From NCBI RefSeq assembly GCF_035084215.1, contig NC_090357.1, positions 4,898,001-4,962,000 of the forward strand: 64,000 nucleotides of DNA. The letters are read 5' to 3'. Shown piece after piece: positions 36,843 to 50,540 of this stretch (the stretch's first letter is position 1; each line of letters starts with the position of its first letter). Origin of the DNA: Heptranchias perlo. Its lineage: Eukaryota. Made by a program: the position numbers and the translations under genes. The notes beneath the pieces were generated by a model. It had not been told where the DNA came from, did no database searches, and was given only the letters and a program-made list of their open reading frames with translations.

Positions 36843-38497
36843 CTCCCCCCGCCCCCCTCCCCGACTCTCCTTTCCCTCACCGCTCCCTCCTTTCCCTCCT
36901 CTCTGCTCCCTCCTTTCCCCCCCCTCTCCGCTCCCTCCTCTTCCCCCCCCTCTCCGCTCCCTCCTCTTCCCCCCCTCTCCGCTCCCTCCTCTTCCCCCCC
37001 TCTCCGCTCCCTCCTCTTCCCCCCCTCTCCGCTCCCTCCTCTTCCCCCCCTCTCCGCTCCCTCCTCTTCCCCCCCCCTCTCTGCTCCCTCCTTTTCCCCC
37101 CCTCTCCGCTCCCTCCTTTTCCCCCCCCTCTCCGCTCCCTCCTTTCCCCCCCCTCTCCGCTCCCTCCTCTTCCCCCCCCTCTCCGCTCCCTCCTTTTCCC
37201 CCCCCTCTCCGCTCCCTCCTCTTCCCCCCCTCTCCGCTCCCTCCTTTTCCCCCCCCTCTCCGCTCCCTCCTCTTCCCCCCCCTCTCCGCTCCCTCCTTTT
37301 CCCCCCCCTCTCCGCTCCCTCCTCTTCCCCCCCCTCTCCGCTCCCTCCTTTCCCCCCCCTCTCCGCTCCCTCCTTTTCCCCCCCCTCTCCGCTCCCTCCT
37401 TTTCCCCCCCCTCTTCGCTCCCTCCTTTTCCCCCCCTCTCCGCTCCCTCCTTTTCCCCCCCTCTCCGCTCCCTCCTTTTCCCCCCCTCTCCGCTCCCTCC
37501 TTTTCCCCCCCTCTCCGCTCCCTCCTCTTCCCCCCCTCTCCGCTCCCTCCTCTTCCCCCCCCCTCTCTGCTCCCTCCTTTTCCCCCCCTCTCCGCTCCCT
37601 CCTTTTCCCCCCCCTCTCCGCTCCCTCCTTTTCCCCCCCCTCTCCGCTCCCTCCTCTTCCCCCCCCTCTCCGCTCCCTCCTTTTCCCCCCCCTCTCCGCT
37701 CCCTCCTCTTCCCCCCCTCTCCGCTCCCTCCTTTTCCCCCCCTCTCCGCTCCCTCCTTTTCCCCCCCTCTCCGCTCCCTCCTTTTCCCCCCCTCTCCGCT
37801 CCCTCCTTTTCCCCCCCTCTCCGCTCCCTCCTTTTCCCCCCCTCTCCGCTCCCTCCTTTTCCCCCCCTCTCCGCTCCCTCCTTTCCCCCCCCCCTCTCCG
37901 CTCCCTCCTTTCCCCCCCCCTCTCCGCTCCCTCCTTTTCCCCCCCTCTCCGCTCCCTCCTTTCCCCCCCCCTCTCCGCTCCCTCCTTTCCCCCCCCCTCT
38001 CCGCTCCCTCCTTTTCCCCCCCCTCTCCGCTCCCTCCTTTTCCCCCCCCTCTCCGCTCCCTCCTTTTCCCCCCCCTCTCCGCTCCCTCCTTTTCCCCCCC
38101 TCTCCGCTCCCTCCTTTTCCCCCCCTCTCCGCTCCCTCCTTTTCCCCCCCCTCTCCGCTCCCTCCTTTTCCCCCCCTCTCCGCTCCCTCCTTTTCCCCCC
38201 CTCTCCGCTCCCTCCTTTCCCCCCCCCTCTCCGCTCCCTCCTTTTCCCCCCCTCTCCGCTCCCTCCTTTCCCCCCCCCTCTCCGCTCCCTCCTTTTCCCC
38301 CCCCTCTCCGCTCCCTCCTTTTCCCCCCCCTCTCCGCTCCCTCCTTTTCCCCCCCCTCTCCGCTCCCTCCTTTTCCCCCCCCTCTCCGCTCCCTCCTTTT
38401 CCCCCCCCTCTCCGCTCCCTCCTTTTCCCCCCCCTCTCCGCTCCCTCCTTTTCCCCCCCCTCTCCGCTCCCTCCTTTTCCCCCCCCTCTCCGCTCTC
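36843..38497. repeat. Polypyrimidine minisatellite, ~25-27-bp unit CTCTCCGCTCCCTCCTTTTCCCCCC(C)
   Basis: Direct reading; source of the 560-640 aa artefact ORFs. Confidence 0.96.
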
Positions 38498-39769
38498 CAA
38501 TCTCAGTGCTGGCCTGAGATTTCACATAGTGCTTTCCTGCCACCCAGTGGCTGTAATCAAGTGCTGAAAAAGTGCAAACGCTTCAGAGGGAAATGCTCAA
38601 CAGAAATGCAGTTGAAAGAAGACCAAAGGGATTAGCAAACTAACGTTACAAGAACAGAGAGAGACAGACGGACAACAGTGAGGACATTGCAGCTCGGATT
38701 ATTGGCTTTTAGCCCCTCCACCCCAAATCTTTCAGATGTTACTGGATATTTGAAGGACTCCTGGTATTTAGAAGCAGAGGCGGAGACTGGCAGCTGTGCC
38801 AATGCTGAGCAATCAAAACAAGGGATTCTTGGAAACCTTCCCAAAAGGTCAAACAACTGCTGTCATAGCAACAGGGAAACATCCACTTGGAAACTTGTCA
38901 ATAAACATAAAGTCTAAAATATCGGATACCCGGGAATGAGTTACAAGCTGGAATCTAATCGAGGGGGTCGGGTGTTTTTTGTTAAATTTTTATTTATGAT
39001 ACCGGTTACCCGGGAATGAATTTACAGGGGTTTGACTGTATACGTCGTACACACACGAGTATTGGGAGGTGAAAAGATGAACGGGGAGCAGACGCTCAAT
39101 GGAACGACACAGATATCTGGGAGTTCTAATTGATGGGCTGGGCCGTTTCCACGGAGACGCTCCCGTTCCGCCGCGTAGCTTCACCCGGGACTGCGGGCGG
39201 AAATCCTGTTTCGCGTAAACGGTCTTCCCGTCGCACTCCTGCTTCAGCGACGCCGTCCGTCCGCGGGCTCACGGCCTGGCCTGAACGCTCCGACTGCCAG
39301 AGCAGTTTGGTAAAATCATGAGAAAGGCCAATAGAAAGTTTTTGGGGGGGGGGTTGGTTTTTATAAAGAGGGGCACGGCCGTAAAGAAGTGGGGTTAAAT
39401 CCGGCAAATGGTTGGATCACGGTTACTGTGCTGTGAGTAGATTGGGAGCCCCATCGTAGAAAGGACATTAAAGCCATAGGGAGCGTTCAGAGTCGATTCA
39501 CCAGGATGATGCCGAGGATTGAAAACTGGAGTTATGAGGAGAGATGAACCGTGGGTTTCAAGGGCCTATAGGCCTTTTCCTGCCACTAAAAGTTCTGTTC
39601 TTACTTGGATGGGGGTTGGCTCTCTGTTTATCGCCCTCATTCCTCTGTGAAGCTACTTGGGATATTTTTCTCATTTAAGATGTTATATAACTTGCGAGGT
39701 GTTGATGATTTGTCTATGTATTTGTTGGGGGAGGCGGGGTTTATATTTGGGATGTGAATATTTCTATAT

Positions 39770-40435
39770 TACATAGAATTTACAGCACTGGAAACAGGCC
39801 ATTCGGCCCAACTGCTCTGTGCTGGTGTTTATGCTCCACACGAGTCTCCTCCCACCCTATTTCATCTCACCCTATCAGCATATCCTTCTATTCCTTTCTC
39901 CCTCATGTATTTATCCAGCTTCTCCTTAAATGTATCGATGCTATTCGCCTCAACTACTCCTTGTGGGAGCGAGTTCCACATTCTCACCACTCTCTGGGTA
40001 AAGAAGTTTCTCCCGAATTCCTTTATTGGATTTTATATTTATGGCCCCTGGTTTTGGATTCCACCATAAACTGAAACATTTTCTCTACGTCTACCCAATC
40101 AAACCCCTTCAGAATTTGAAAGCCCTCTATCAGGTCACCCCCAGCCTTCTCTTCTCTACAGAGAAGAGTCCCAGCCTGTTCAGTCTTTCCTGATCATTAT
40201 AACCTATCAGTTTTGGTATCAACCTTGTGAATCTTTTTTGCACCTTCTCCACTGCCTCCTTATCCTTTTTTTGTAATATGGAGACCAGAGCTGTGCACAG
40301 TACTCCAAGTGTGGTCTAACCAAGTTCGATACAAGTTTAACATAACTTCTCTGCTTTTCAATTCTATCCCTCTACAAATGAACCCCAGTGCTTGGTTTGT
40401 ATTTTTTTTCTGGCCTTGTAATAAAAGTGTTGCTA
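39770..40435 (-). mobile_element. CR1 3' fragment
   Basis: Reverse complement of the family at 63025-63620. Confidence 0.85.
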
Positions 40436-42650
40436 CTTTTATTAATGTATTTTTTTTTACATTTTAAAAAAAACTTACAGCATTGAGGACGAGGGGTTTG
40501 GGGAAAAGCCTGGGCCTAGTTTCCTGGATTTCTGGAAGACGATTACTCCATGCACTTTATTGAAGATTGATAAAGGACTCAAAATGATTTGATTTGATTT
40601 GAACTGCTGGCCTGTCCTGCCTTTGGTGTGCAGCCTGGACTATGAGTACAATAATCCCAGACACCAGCTGCCTCACCGACCCTCTGCGATGGAGCTCATA
40701 CGCCAGATACGGGCAAACCCCCAAATACCCGTTTGTTGTTTTTATTATTATGCGAACTGCATCAAGGTGAAGATTGGAAACAATCTCACAATACTGCTCT
40801 GTAGCGTCAATATTGAAAGACTGTCCAATCCAATGGAAGAATGGGCGGGGTTTCCTGACTTGTTTTCCAGGGAATGACTGCCACGGATGCTAGTTTCACC
40901 CCCCAAGTGGGTCAAATCTCCCATTTCTAAGTCAGGAAGTGCCCGCCACACAAAAAAAAAAATCTTAATTTTTAGATCGGCAATCAAGTAACTAGATTTT
41001 TTTTTATATATGTCTTGATTGGCTACTTTAGATTTGAATTTCCAATGCGATGACAAGATTAGTGCACACAGGGTATGTAACAGAGTGGCCAATCAGTAAT
41101 CCCCATTGTGAGGGTGCAGGCATAGAGGTGACCCCCACCCTCTTGAATCTTGTAGCAAACCCCAACTTTTAAATCCATTACCAGAAGAAAAATAACTTTT
41201 GTGTGTGTCTGATTTTAAAAAAAAAAAAATATATATATATACACTTGAGGCGAGGGATATTAGTTCTCAGAAATGAAACCTATTCCCATTTCAGGCATCT
41301 GGTGTCGACATTGAGATCTCCCAGACCAGATGCGTCACCAGGTAAAGCTCGTTCACCGCTCCTCCATTAAGCCACTACATTCCAGATCAGCACAGGGTTG
41401 GGACAAGAGTGGAACACTCTTCACACTGCCCAACCTGAAGATTAACCCTACATCACTCTCCATATCCTACACCAGCCATTACTTGTGTCTATTCTAAGTG
41501 AGGGGGGCGGGGGTTGATGTACTGTAGTTTTGGCCTTGGCTGTAATCTTAGAAACAAGGCCGAGACTGCCCAAAATCATCTCACGTAGGAAGGTGAGTGG
41601 GTTTGGATTTCAGCCCAGGTTCTAGAGGTGAGTGCCAGTGTAGAAAAGGGCCTTGTGTATTTCGACTGACAACGGTAGTGAGCATAAACCTGGTGTGTTC
41701 AAAGGCTCAGGGTACAGTCTAACTGTTTTATTATCGGTGTGCAAATTTTTTTGCCTCTGTACGATATGTATTGTATGTAATTTTATGGATTTTTGAATGT
41801 GTTCCATTCAGTAAAGCGCAGGGAGCATTTTATAAAGGAACCATGTATCTTTAATAGTTACTTGAATCGGGGTCAATCCTTCCCTACGACGGTCGTGAAG
41901 CTGAGGCAGGAGTCGGAATTTTTTTTTACTACACGCTAAACAAGGATGGAAAATGCATGTTGACCGTGCGGCCTCTTGGCTTGGTGTGTGAGGGCACTGC
42001 CTGGTGTGGTACTGACCCCATGCTCACCAGGCAGGTCCCGGCTTCCATTCCCAGCCTGTGCTGAGTCAGCTGGCACAGTGAGGGGGGTGGGGGGGTGGTG
42101 ACAAAGACGGGGGGACCAAGTAGGAGGGGGCTTCAATTGGCCTCAGTGACCCCTTGGGGCCAGAGAAAGGGGAAAATCAGCCAGGGTTCCCGTTCCTGCT
42201 CACTATCCATTGAATCCTGGTGGAAAGTGCATATGTGGAGATTGAGCAAGGCCTAGATTGAGCTGTGATGACCCTCCCCCTTCCCTTATCTCTCCCCAGT
42301 TAAATATCCTGACGACACTCACTGTCTAGCCTCATCCATGAGGAATAGCCAGTTGGGGGGTAGGAGGGGCTGCCCATGAAGCCGTTTCTACCCTCCCCCC
42401 CCACATTGAGAGTTGGTCCCTTCCATTGGGGCAGAAGAGGAGTCGATATATTTATATTTTTATATACAACTCCCGAATTTTTCAATGAGTCTAACTGGTG
42501 GCCAGAGGTGACTGACTCCCATGAGAAGGCACGAGGCTGATTATTGTCTCTACTTGAGCTTGTCCATCTCTATTTGTACCAAAACTAAGTTACTGCAAGG
42601 ACAAGGGTTTAAGGCCGCCATGATTCTTTTCTTCTTCCCTCTGTCCCCAG

Positions 42651-42656
42651 GACTAA
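42651..42656 (+). CDS. TMPRSS4: TMPRSS4-like putative last coding exon (GAC TAA; protein ends ...HVMND*)
   Basis: Very strong acceptor ttcttttcttcttccctctgtccccag|, phase 0, AATAAA ~120 nt downstream. Alternative acceptors exist at 40481 and 41295. Confidence 0.55.
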   Translation, partial: D

Positions 42657-42771
42657 CAAGATGGCCGCCCTCAGGTGACTGAAGTTTTAACCTTGAATGC
42701 TTGCGCCAAATTGTGTGTCAAAGTTTTACTGTTTTTGATATCTTTGTACCTGAATTTTCAGATTAGTTTTA

Positions 42772-42777
42772 AATAAA
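42772..42777 (+). terminator. Polyadenylation signal AATAAA for the TMPRSS4-like gene
   Basis: AT-rich short 3' UTR, then AATAAA, followed by GT-rich tgtgtcagtg. Confidence 0.55.
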
Positions 42778-45700
42778 TTGATTATTTTCAGACCTGTGTC
42801 AGTGACGTGTCTGCAGTGTTCGTAAGGTGGAGTTGCCAGCCCCACGGTCTAAACTCACTTCTGTGCGGTTGGGGGGAGAAGGGGGGCGCAGGGCGGGGCA
42901 GGGAAGGGGGAACTGTTGGGGACAGCCCTAAACTTGAGAGGGGGAAGGAATGGGCCAGAACTCCCCTCCAGCTCCTGAATCCCTACAGAATTGCTCAAAG
43001 GGAAAGAGCGGGGGAGTGGGACTAATTGGATAGCTCTTTTAAGGAGCTGGCACAGGCACAACGGGCCAAATGGCCTCCTGTGCTGTATCATTCTATGATT
43101 CTAAATTAGCCATATTGGGGGAAACTGAGCCATTACAGACTGCAGTTTGGTTTTGGGAGTCTTGCAACTCAACACATTATTTTTTTCTTGGTGTCGGCCT
43201 TGGCTCAGTTGGTAGCACACTCACCTCTGAGTCATGAAGGTCATGGGTTCAAGTCCCACTCCAGAGACTTGAGCAGAAAATCTAGGCTGACCCTTGAATG
43301 CGGTACTGAGGAAGTGCTGTATTGTCAGAGTTTGTGTGTATGAGATGTTAAACAGAGGCCCTGTCTGCCCTCTTGAGCGGACGTAAAAGATCCCATGGCA
43401 CTATTTCGAAGAAAAGCAGGGGAGTTCTTGCTCTGAATGTTTCTGTACCACAGCAGGCAGTGAGTCTACTTGTTGATTTTATCATTAGAGCAAAGGACAT
43501 TATTCAAATCAATGGGAACACTCTGTTTCCACCCCACGATGATCTAAATACAACAGGAAATGGAAACATTCTCATTACTGACCAAAGAGAATGAGACAGA
43601 AGCACATACAACAGGTTAGATTGAAATGTTTATATTTGATTTGTGAGGGATTTTGTTTTCAGTATAAAATAGATCTATTACCAGCATACAAAAATTAAAT
43701 ACAAGCTGTAATGTCAGTCCTTTATACATTGGCAACACATGCATAGTTTGTATTTGGCATCTAAATCAAACAAGGCAACACAAACTGCACTGTAAGAGAG
43801 TTCGTGAGACGCAACACCTGCCCGGCTACTGTCACCATCTCTAACTAGTCCCTCCTGCAGTGCGACAATCACCAGAGTGAGAGGGACAATATAATCTCTA
43901 ATCCAGAATGTGCAAAAGAGAATGGAAGGGAGATATTGGGGAGGAAGGGGGTGTGTGTTAATTGTAGTTTGTGACCCCATCTGATGGTCTGGTGATTTCA
44001 GATTGTGCTTTGACCAGCAAAGGTGGCTCATCAAATTCAGGAACAGTGGCCTCTCTGTTTCCACCTGCATTCGCGGCTTAGAGGCCAATGCAAAAGCTAA
44101 AGTTATTTGATCCGTAATTCCCTGACTAAAGGGAATCAATCACCAATTCCCCTTTTAAACAGTGAGGGAGATCTTTTTGCTTTGGTTTGACCTTTTGGGC
44201 TGCCCATCTGACAGGTGGTTTCGGGATGGACTACAAGCTGCTGTCTGATTGGAGCTTGAGTCCTAGCCCCTCCCACATGGCTGACTGACAGCTCTAAAGG
44301 GGGGGGGGGGAGGGAAAAAAAACCCTCGCTCCCAGACTCAATCACAGGGAAAACTCTTGTGTCTTCCCCCCCCAAGTAATCGTAGGAATAATTTTAAATA
44401 ACGGGGTCACAAAGCTTTAAAACACAAAAATAGACAACCCTCCGTGTTGTAATCAGTGGGCCCCACTCTTACATCTAGTGCAAATCTTTGGATTTCAGCA
44501 ATAAAAAACTGCCCCCAAAACCAGCAGAAAAAATACAACATTTTACACGATGAACTCCAGCCTCCCCTCTCTCCAGCCGATGGGAGGAATGTTACATTCC
44601 CCCAAAATTGCTAAAACCGCCACTCTTTTCATCTTAAAAAGTGTAAGCTTTGAAGCTGTGTGTGGAGACCACCAGGCTGGTTGAAAGGACCACGATGGAG
44701 AGATGCCAACGCTCCCTCTTGTAGTCCACCTTGTACCGTACAGTGCAACACCCCTGTCGCACACTTGCACGCCTGGGCCAATAATATAGACAGTCTGCTG
44801 TCTAATTCTTTTAGGGAGTCTCGAGTTGACTTGACTCGAGCAGTTGGTATCTCCCGGGGTTGGTCTTCGGACACACAACTGTGGGCGGCTTATACACAAC
44901 AGGGTCCGAGAGGACATTATTGTCTCTGATGGTGAGAACCTTCAGGCAGGTAGCTGGTCGCAGGGTCTGTGGATAGTGCATAAACTCTTGGCATTTTGTT
45001 TTCATGCCCAAACTCTTTGGCGAGTTGTGACTCAACATCCAACCAAGGTAGTATTTTACGAACTACAGTAAGGTAACTGGCACGACAGCATCACCGTGAC
45101 AGTCAGCTCAACGTAGTCACATCAGTGCAAATTCTAATAACAGTTTGGTTACATTCAGTAACGTCAGGGAGCATCTTAAACTTCACACAACTGCCCCACA
45201 AGTGTTGGTGACAAATACCTCCCCCCAATTACTGAAGGAAAGATTTCACTTCCAGGTTAAGGGCATCATTTGAATCGTTGCCCCTCCCCCCATCTTCAGT
45301 GATTGGTTAGCTTCTGTGCTCATTACCATGAGAGGTGACCCTGGTGACGTGAACCCCACTTTCTCCTTGAACCTGAGGTCACTCCAGCATTCCCAGGTGA
45401 AACGCAGAGTTGAGACCCTCCTCAAGAACAAACTCAGCATCAGGGCTTGAGCCTCCAAATCTCAGCAGCACCACGCGCTCTGCCAGCCATCCTTGCGGGT
45501 TCTCTGCCTTGAGCTTTCTCAAGCTGCCTTGGTTAAGGGCCAGCTGCGTGCTCTGAGATTCTATGAACTGGGAACTGGTGCATCTCACTAGGTGGGGTTT
45601 AGTGACAGCAATTTCCTCTCCTCCTCATCATCCAGCCTGTTCTAACCCAGGCTCCCAAATTGAGATGACCACGTATTACAATGGCACTGGGCAACACCCA

Positions 45701-46839
45701 ACAGATGGAGGGGACTTCATCTGGGATAGGTTCAAACTTGGGACCCACAAGTGGAAGGGCAAAGACTAATTAACAATACTGTTCAGTTCCTCTCTGATCC
45801 CCACAAAGTAATTAGGCTGCATATTAAAGATAACAAGGACGTATCTTAATCTAAAGACACAACACACTGACGTTGGGTGTTGCGATTTTCCGTTTATTGA
45901 TATAGTTTAGATTTTTGACTCAACGTGACACAAACCCCCCTCCCCCCACTATTCTACCTGGACAGCACTCTCCCCTCTCCCTGACCCTCTTCTCCCCAGC
46001 TAACCCACAGGACAGTGGTGAGTATTTTCGAGATGCTCCCTGTCACACCAGTGTGACGATTAACAAGGCTGATCAAAATCAGATGCAACTTTAGGCCAAA
46101 ATTGGCAGTTTTGGAGTGGGTTCGACAACTTCAATCCCTCCAAGAGCTGATAATCAGATGAGCTCGTTGAGTTCCAGCCCGATTTATAAGTGGAATGGAC
46201 AACTCCCGGTCTCTACATCACCTCTCCCCATCAGCAATGGGAGAGCAATACAGCTCAAGGGAAAAGGTTTCACCAATGGAGGTTATTCCATGAGGGAACG
46301 CACGTTCGTGATGAGGGAAGTGATTCCCCTGCAAGTGGGTTACTTCCTGTCTTCACCAAAATGGCCAGGCCCAAGCAAGGTCACTGTCCAGGTGAAAGGT
46401 CAGCACTTAGGCCTGTCAATGGCAGGATCCAAACACAGGTCCCTGTCAGAAAGTTGACCCTCTGCACTTGCGCTAGAGGAGGGAGGGAGGACGGTGGGGG
46501 GAAGGGAGGGAGGAGGGTGGGGGGAAGGGAGGGAGGAGGGTGGGGGGAAGGGAGGGAGGAGGGTAGGGGGAAGGGGGGGAGGGAATCACCAGAAAAAAGT
46601 GCAAATGTACAAAAAGGCTTTTACAATCCAATGGTGTGATATTTGAACAACACATTCAAGAAGTGACTGCAATATCAAAGATTTTTTAGTAAAGCCTTTG
46701 TTTTGGCAGAATGTTTGAGCTGAGGAATATGTTTGGAATTTGATTATTAATTATGACAAGGACCACATTCAGAGAGACTCCGATAATGACCAGCCTCACC
46801 ATTAGGTAACGATATACTAAGAGACACTGATAGTTATGA

Positions 46840-46970
46840 TGCCGATTGCCTAACGGATACCCGTTGTCACGACGCTGTGGCTTCTTTGCCTCGGAAGTGC
46901 TTTTGGTACGTAGGTGATGACGTCATCACTCTACTAGCGCAGTAATCCAATGAGACTCCGCCGCCCATTC
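46840..46970. promoter_or_regulatory. Promoter/enhancer-like motif cluster: ETS CGGAAGTG (46892), palindromic CRE (46914-46929), CCAAT (46947), GC box (46961)
   Basis: Motifs read directly, locally CpG-enriched; function is inferred. Confidence 0.4.
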
Positions 46971-47690
46971 ATTCATAGAAAGCAAACAGCAGGTTGAATT
47001 TCAATTGGATGGAACCAATTCCAAGGGGCACTGCCTTTGGGGGAAAGTGTTTCCTGGACTCATCGTGAAGGGTTGTTTATCGAGGGTGTTGTTACATCAC
47101 TCGCTTGTGGTGGACGTGTTGCGTGGAAGTCCCCACTCCCCTCCAATAGAAAAGGTTTGTCGGGTGTTTCATTGAGGACGATAGTCCTTTTTAACATCTG
47201 GTAGACGGGTAGGAGTGTCTACATACAGCACGGATCGGAGACAGCGACTGTAACAGTAGCCTGTCCGTGGGTAACAGCACCAATCTAATGGAACTATGGC
47301 TGGGAGGCAGTGGTGGAGCTTGGTTTGGCTGACCGTGGAGGGGGGGGAAGGGGTCGAACTCCAGGATTGGCCGACTCGGCTGGAAGGGAGAATGAGCTGG
47401 GTATTGGGGAATGAGCCTGGAGCAGCACAGACTCACCGGCCGAACTTGGAGCCCAAAGACGGGCGACAGAGGTTCCTGGGAGCGAAATGGAGGCAGTCGT
47501 CCAAAGCCATATTGGCTGCCCTCAAAATGATTGGGGGGGGGGGGGGGGGGGGGGAGGTGAGTTCATGGCCCCTCACTGGCTCCGTCACTATTTGTATGAC
47601 CCCAACAGCTCAGCCGATTCAGCAATTAATCAGTAGTAAGATAATTGATGAGTTGATTTATCATTAGGCCAGTGTAGGCATCATGCAGTG

Positions 47691-47834
47691 TTGTGTGCAC
47701 ACAAAGTGCACAGTCCAATATTGTGTACACAATCACACTCACAAAGTGCACAGTCCAATATTGTGTACACAATCACACTCACAAAGTGCACAGTGCATTA
47801 TTGTGTACACATTCACACTCACAAAGTGCACAGT
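47691..47834. repeat. 40-bp tandem repeat (acaaagtgcacagtccaatattgtgtacacaatcacactc), ~3.5 copies
   Basis: Units start at 47701, 47741, 47781, 47821. Confidence 0.92.
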
Positions 47835-49859
47835 GACAGCTCACGTTGCTGTGACAGCAAAAACGAACTCGCTGGCAGTTTCTAGTCAGTATTTATCAGT
47901 TGGCCAACTGAAACACACACTGAACCCTGGGCTTCACCGATCAGGAGAAGAGGAATCAACTCACACTGCACAAGACCCGCATTCAACCAGCGAGAGGTGC
48001 TGCCTTCCACGACCGATCCGAGCAGGGTCTGTATGTTTGTAATATGTGATAAGACCTTCAATCACAAAAAAAAAGGAGCTAGGTGACAGCCTGAGAGAAG
48101 GTGGGAGATGAATGGGAAGTGGATCTCATTCACGGCTTTAATACGAAGCAAGCACTGGTTGGACTATTTTTGTGAATGGGAACTAAACCCAAAATTCTCA
48201 CTGTCACAGAACTGAAAGTCACTTCCCGACTGTAATGTTTTTTGTTTGTTTATAATGGAAGGATCCAAGTGGAAATAGAAAATGGTACATCCCATCATAG
48301 TTTCACAACCTTGCTGCTAACAGGAAGAGAGTCAACTGAAGATAGGTTGTTGCTAGTGGCAGCACTCCCTGTAGTAGAGTGAATATCCTCTTTCACAATT
48401 TCATTCACAATTCTTGTTAGAAAGTTGATTTAACTCGCTCCGGTACAGGAAGTGTTTGGTTGCCATCAACACCCTGTGCACAGCGACATCACCGCATCCT
48501 AAGGCAAAAGTGGGAAAAGGTCTTGTCCTGAAAATTCCCCAGTGAATTTACAAATCATTCCCAACACCTTTCATCTGAATAATAAAAACTCAAAAATGAC
48601 AATCGGAATCTTATGTGATCTTTCAGGTCCTCAACCGATCGAGTTTCAGGTAACTTGCCCCTTAATTAAACGCTGCCTTTGAATCTCATAGCAAAAAGCA
48701 AAGAGCCAGTAACATTATATTAGGGTAGCATCCCGAGTAGCATCATCTGTTGGTTAATACCCACTGGACATGCAGAGCAATCGGGAGTGTGCAAAATCTC
48801 CCAGAGTTTCATATCGTTTTAGAATATACTTGTGTCATTTATGCACTTTTGAATAATTTGCAACAGTAAAGCAGTAGTGAACTTATTTTTCTAGTCTCTC
48901 TCTCAAAGAGTGCGCAGTGGGCAAAAAAACGATGATTCACTCACATTCTCATTCTGTACACCTCAGTATTAGTACTCTGTAAACCACAGGTGTTCTGCGC
49001 TCATAGTTGGGAAGCTGATTCTGAAGAGCAAGGCACTCCTGCCTTTAACGGATTTTTTGCGTGTAGCTTCTGATTTGAGTTCCAACAGTTGGACAAATGT
49101 TTACCCGTAGAGACAGGCTCTGCCTCCAGTGCTAATCACACTACTACCAGGGTAATGGTAAATGGCAGATTTTGCAGGATTTGTGTCGTCAGTTTGTGGC
49201 CTAACAATGGACCCAGGGCCAAGGGGATGAATCAGACAGGAGGATAATGAGGAGGAGGAATATTCCCCCCTCTATGTGTGAGTGTGTTTTCCCCTTTGTA
49301 TTAAATAGTATTTACAGCACAGAAACAGGCCATTCGGCCCAACAGATCTATGCTGGTGTTTATGCTCCACACGAGCCTCCTCCCACCCTACTTCATCTCA
49401 CCCTATCAGCATATCCTTCTATTCCTTTCTCCCTCATGTATTTATCTAGCTTCTAAATACCTCGTTAACTGGTTAAACGATGCTCACATCCCAAGAACCA
49501 TATAATCTTGCAGTACAGAGGTAGGCCATTCGGCCCAACGTGCCTGTGCCAGCCCTTTGAAAGAGCTACGAATAAAAAAATCAGGGAAAGTCACCAGAAA
49601 AACTCTAAGAAACCAGATACAAGGAACAAAGAGGACGGTGAACCTTATGTAACCGATCTGGTGTGAGGGAGCAGTCATCTCATTCCAGTATATCGGAAGA
49701 AAAATTGATTTTATTTTTTGAGATAGCCAATTGAATTAAAGGTGGGCCCCATTATATTGAGAAGTGAATCAATGTTAATTGACACTTTTTTAGGATGGAT
49801 GGAGCAGGGTCTATGGTATCTATTACAAGAGAAGAACTGGAATAATTTTGACACTTAAA

Positions 49860-50540
49860 GTGCACAGGTACAAAAAGTATCAAAAAGGCTAATGGAATGT
49901 TGGCCTTTATCTCAAGGGGGTTGGAATACAAAAGTTAGGAAATGATGTTTTATTTGTACAGAGCCTTGGTCAGACCCCATCTGGAGTATTGCGTTCAGTT
50001 CTGGGCACTGCATCACAGGAAGGATATACTGGCCTTGGAGGGGGTGCAGCGCAGATTCGCCAGAATGATACCGGGGCGAAAAGGGTTAAATTACGATGAC
50101 TGGTTGCATAAACTTAAGTTTGTATTCCGTTGAGTTTAGAAGGTTGAGGAGCGATCTACCCAAGGTGTTTAAAATGATAAAAGGATTTGATAAGGTGGAT
50201 ACAGAGAAACTGTTTCCTCTGGTGTGGGGGGGGAGAGTCCAGAACAAGGGGGCACGATCTTAAAATTAGAGCTCGGCCGTTCCGAAGCAAAATCAGGAAG
50301 CACTTTTTCACACAAAGGGGAGTGGGAATATGGAACTCTCTGCCCCAAAAGGCTGGGGACGCTGGGGGTCAACTGAAATTTTCAAGACTGAGATCGATGG
50401 ATTTTTGTTGGGTAAGGGTATCAAGGGACACGGAGCAAAGGCGGGAAAATGGAGTTGAGATACAGATCAGCCATGATCTAACTGAATGGCAGAACAGGCT
50501 CAAAGGGCTGAATGGCCTCCTCCTGTTCCCATGTTCCTAT
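49860..50540 (+). mobile_element. CR1 3' fragment
   Basis: LYRALVRPHLEYCVQFW; RKHFFTQRGVGIWNSLP. Confidence 0.9.

Noticed and set aside
47225-47285. RE1/NRSE-like half sites (cagcac, ccacggacag) near a neuronal gene; also 45462-45485
   Set aside because: Halves are not in canonical order or spacing; match too weak.
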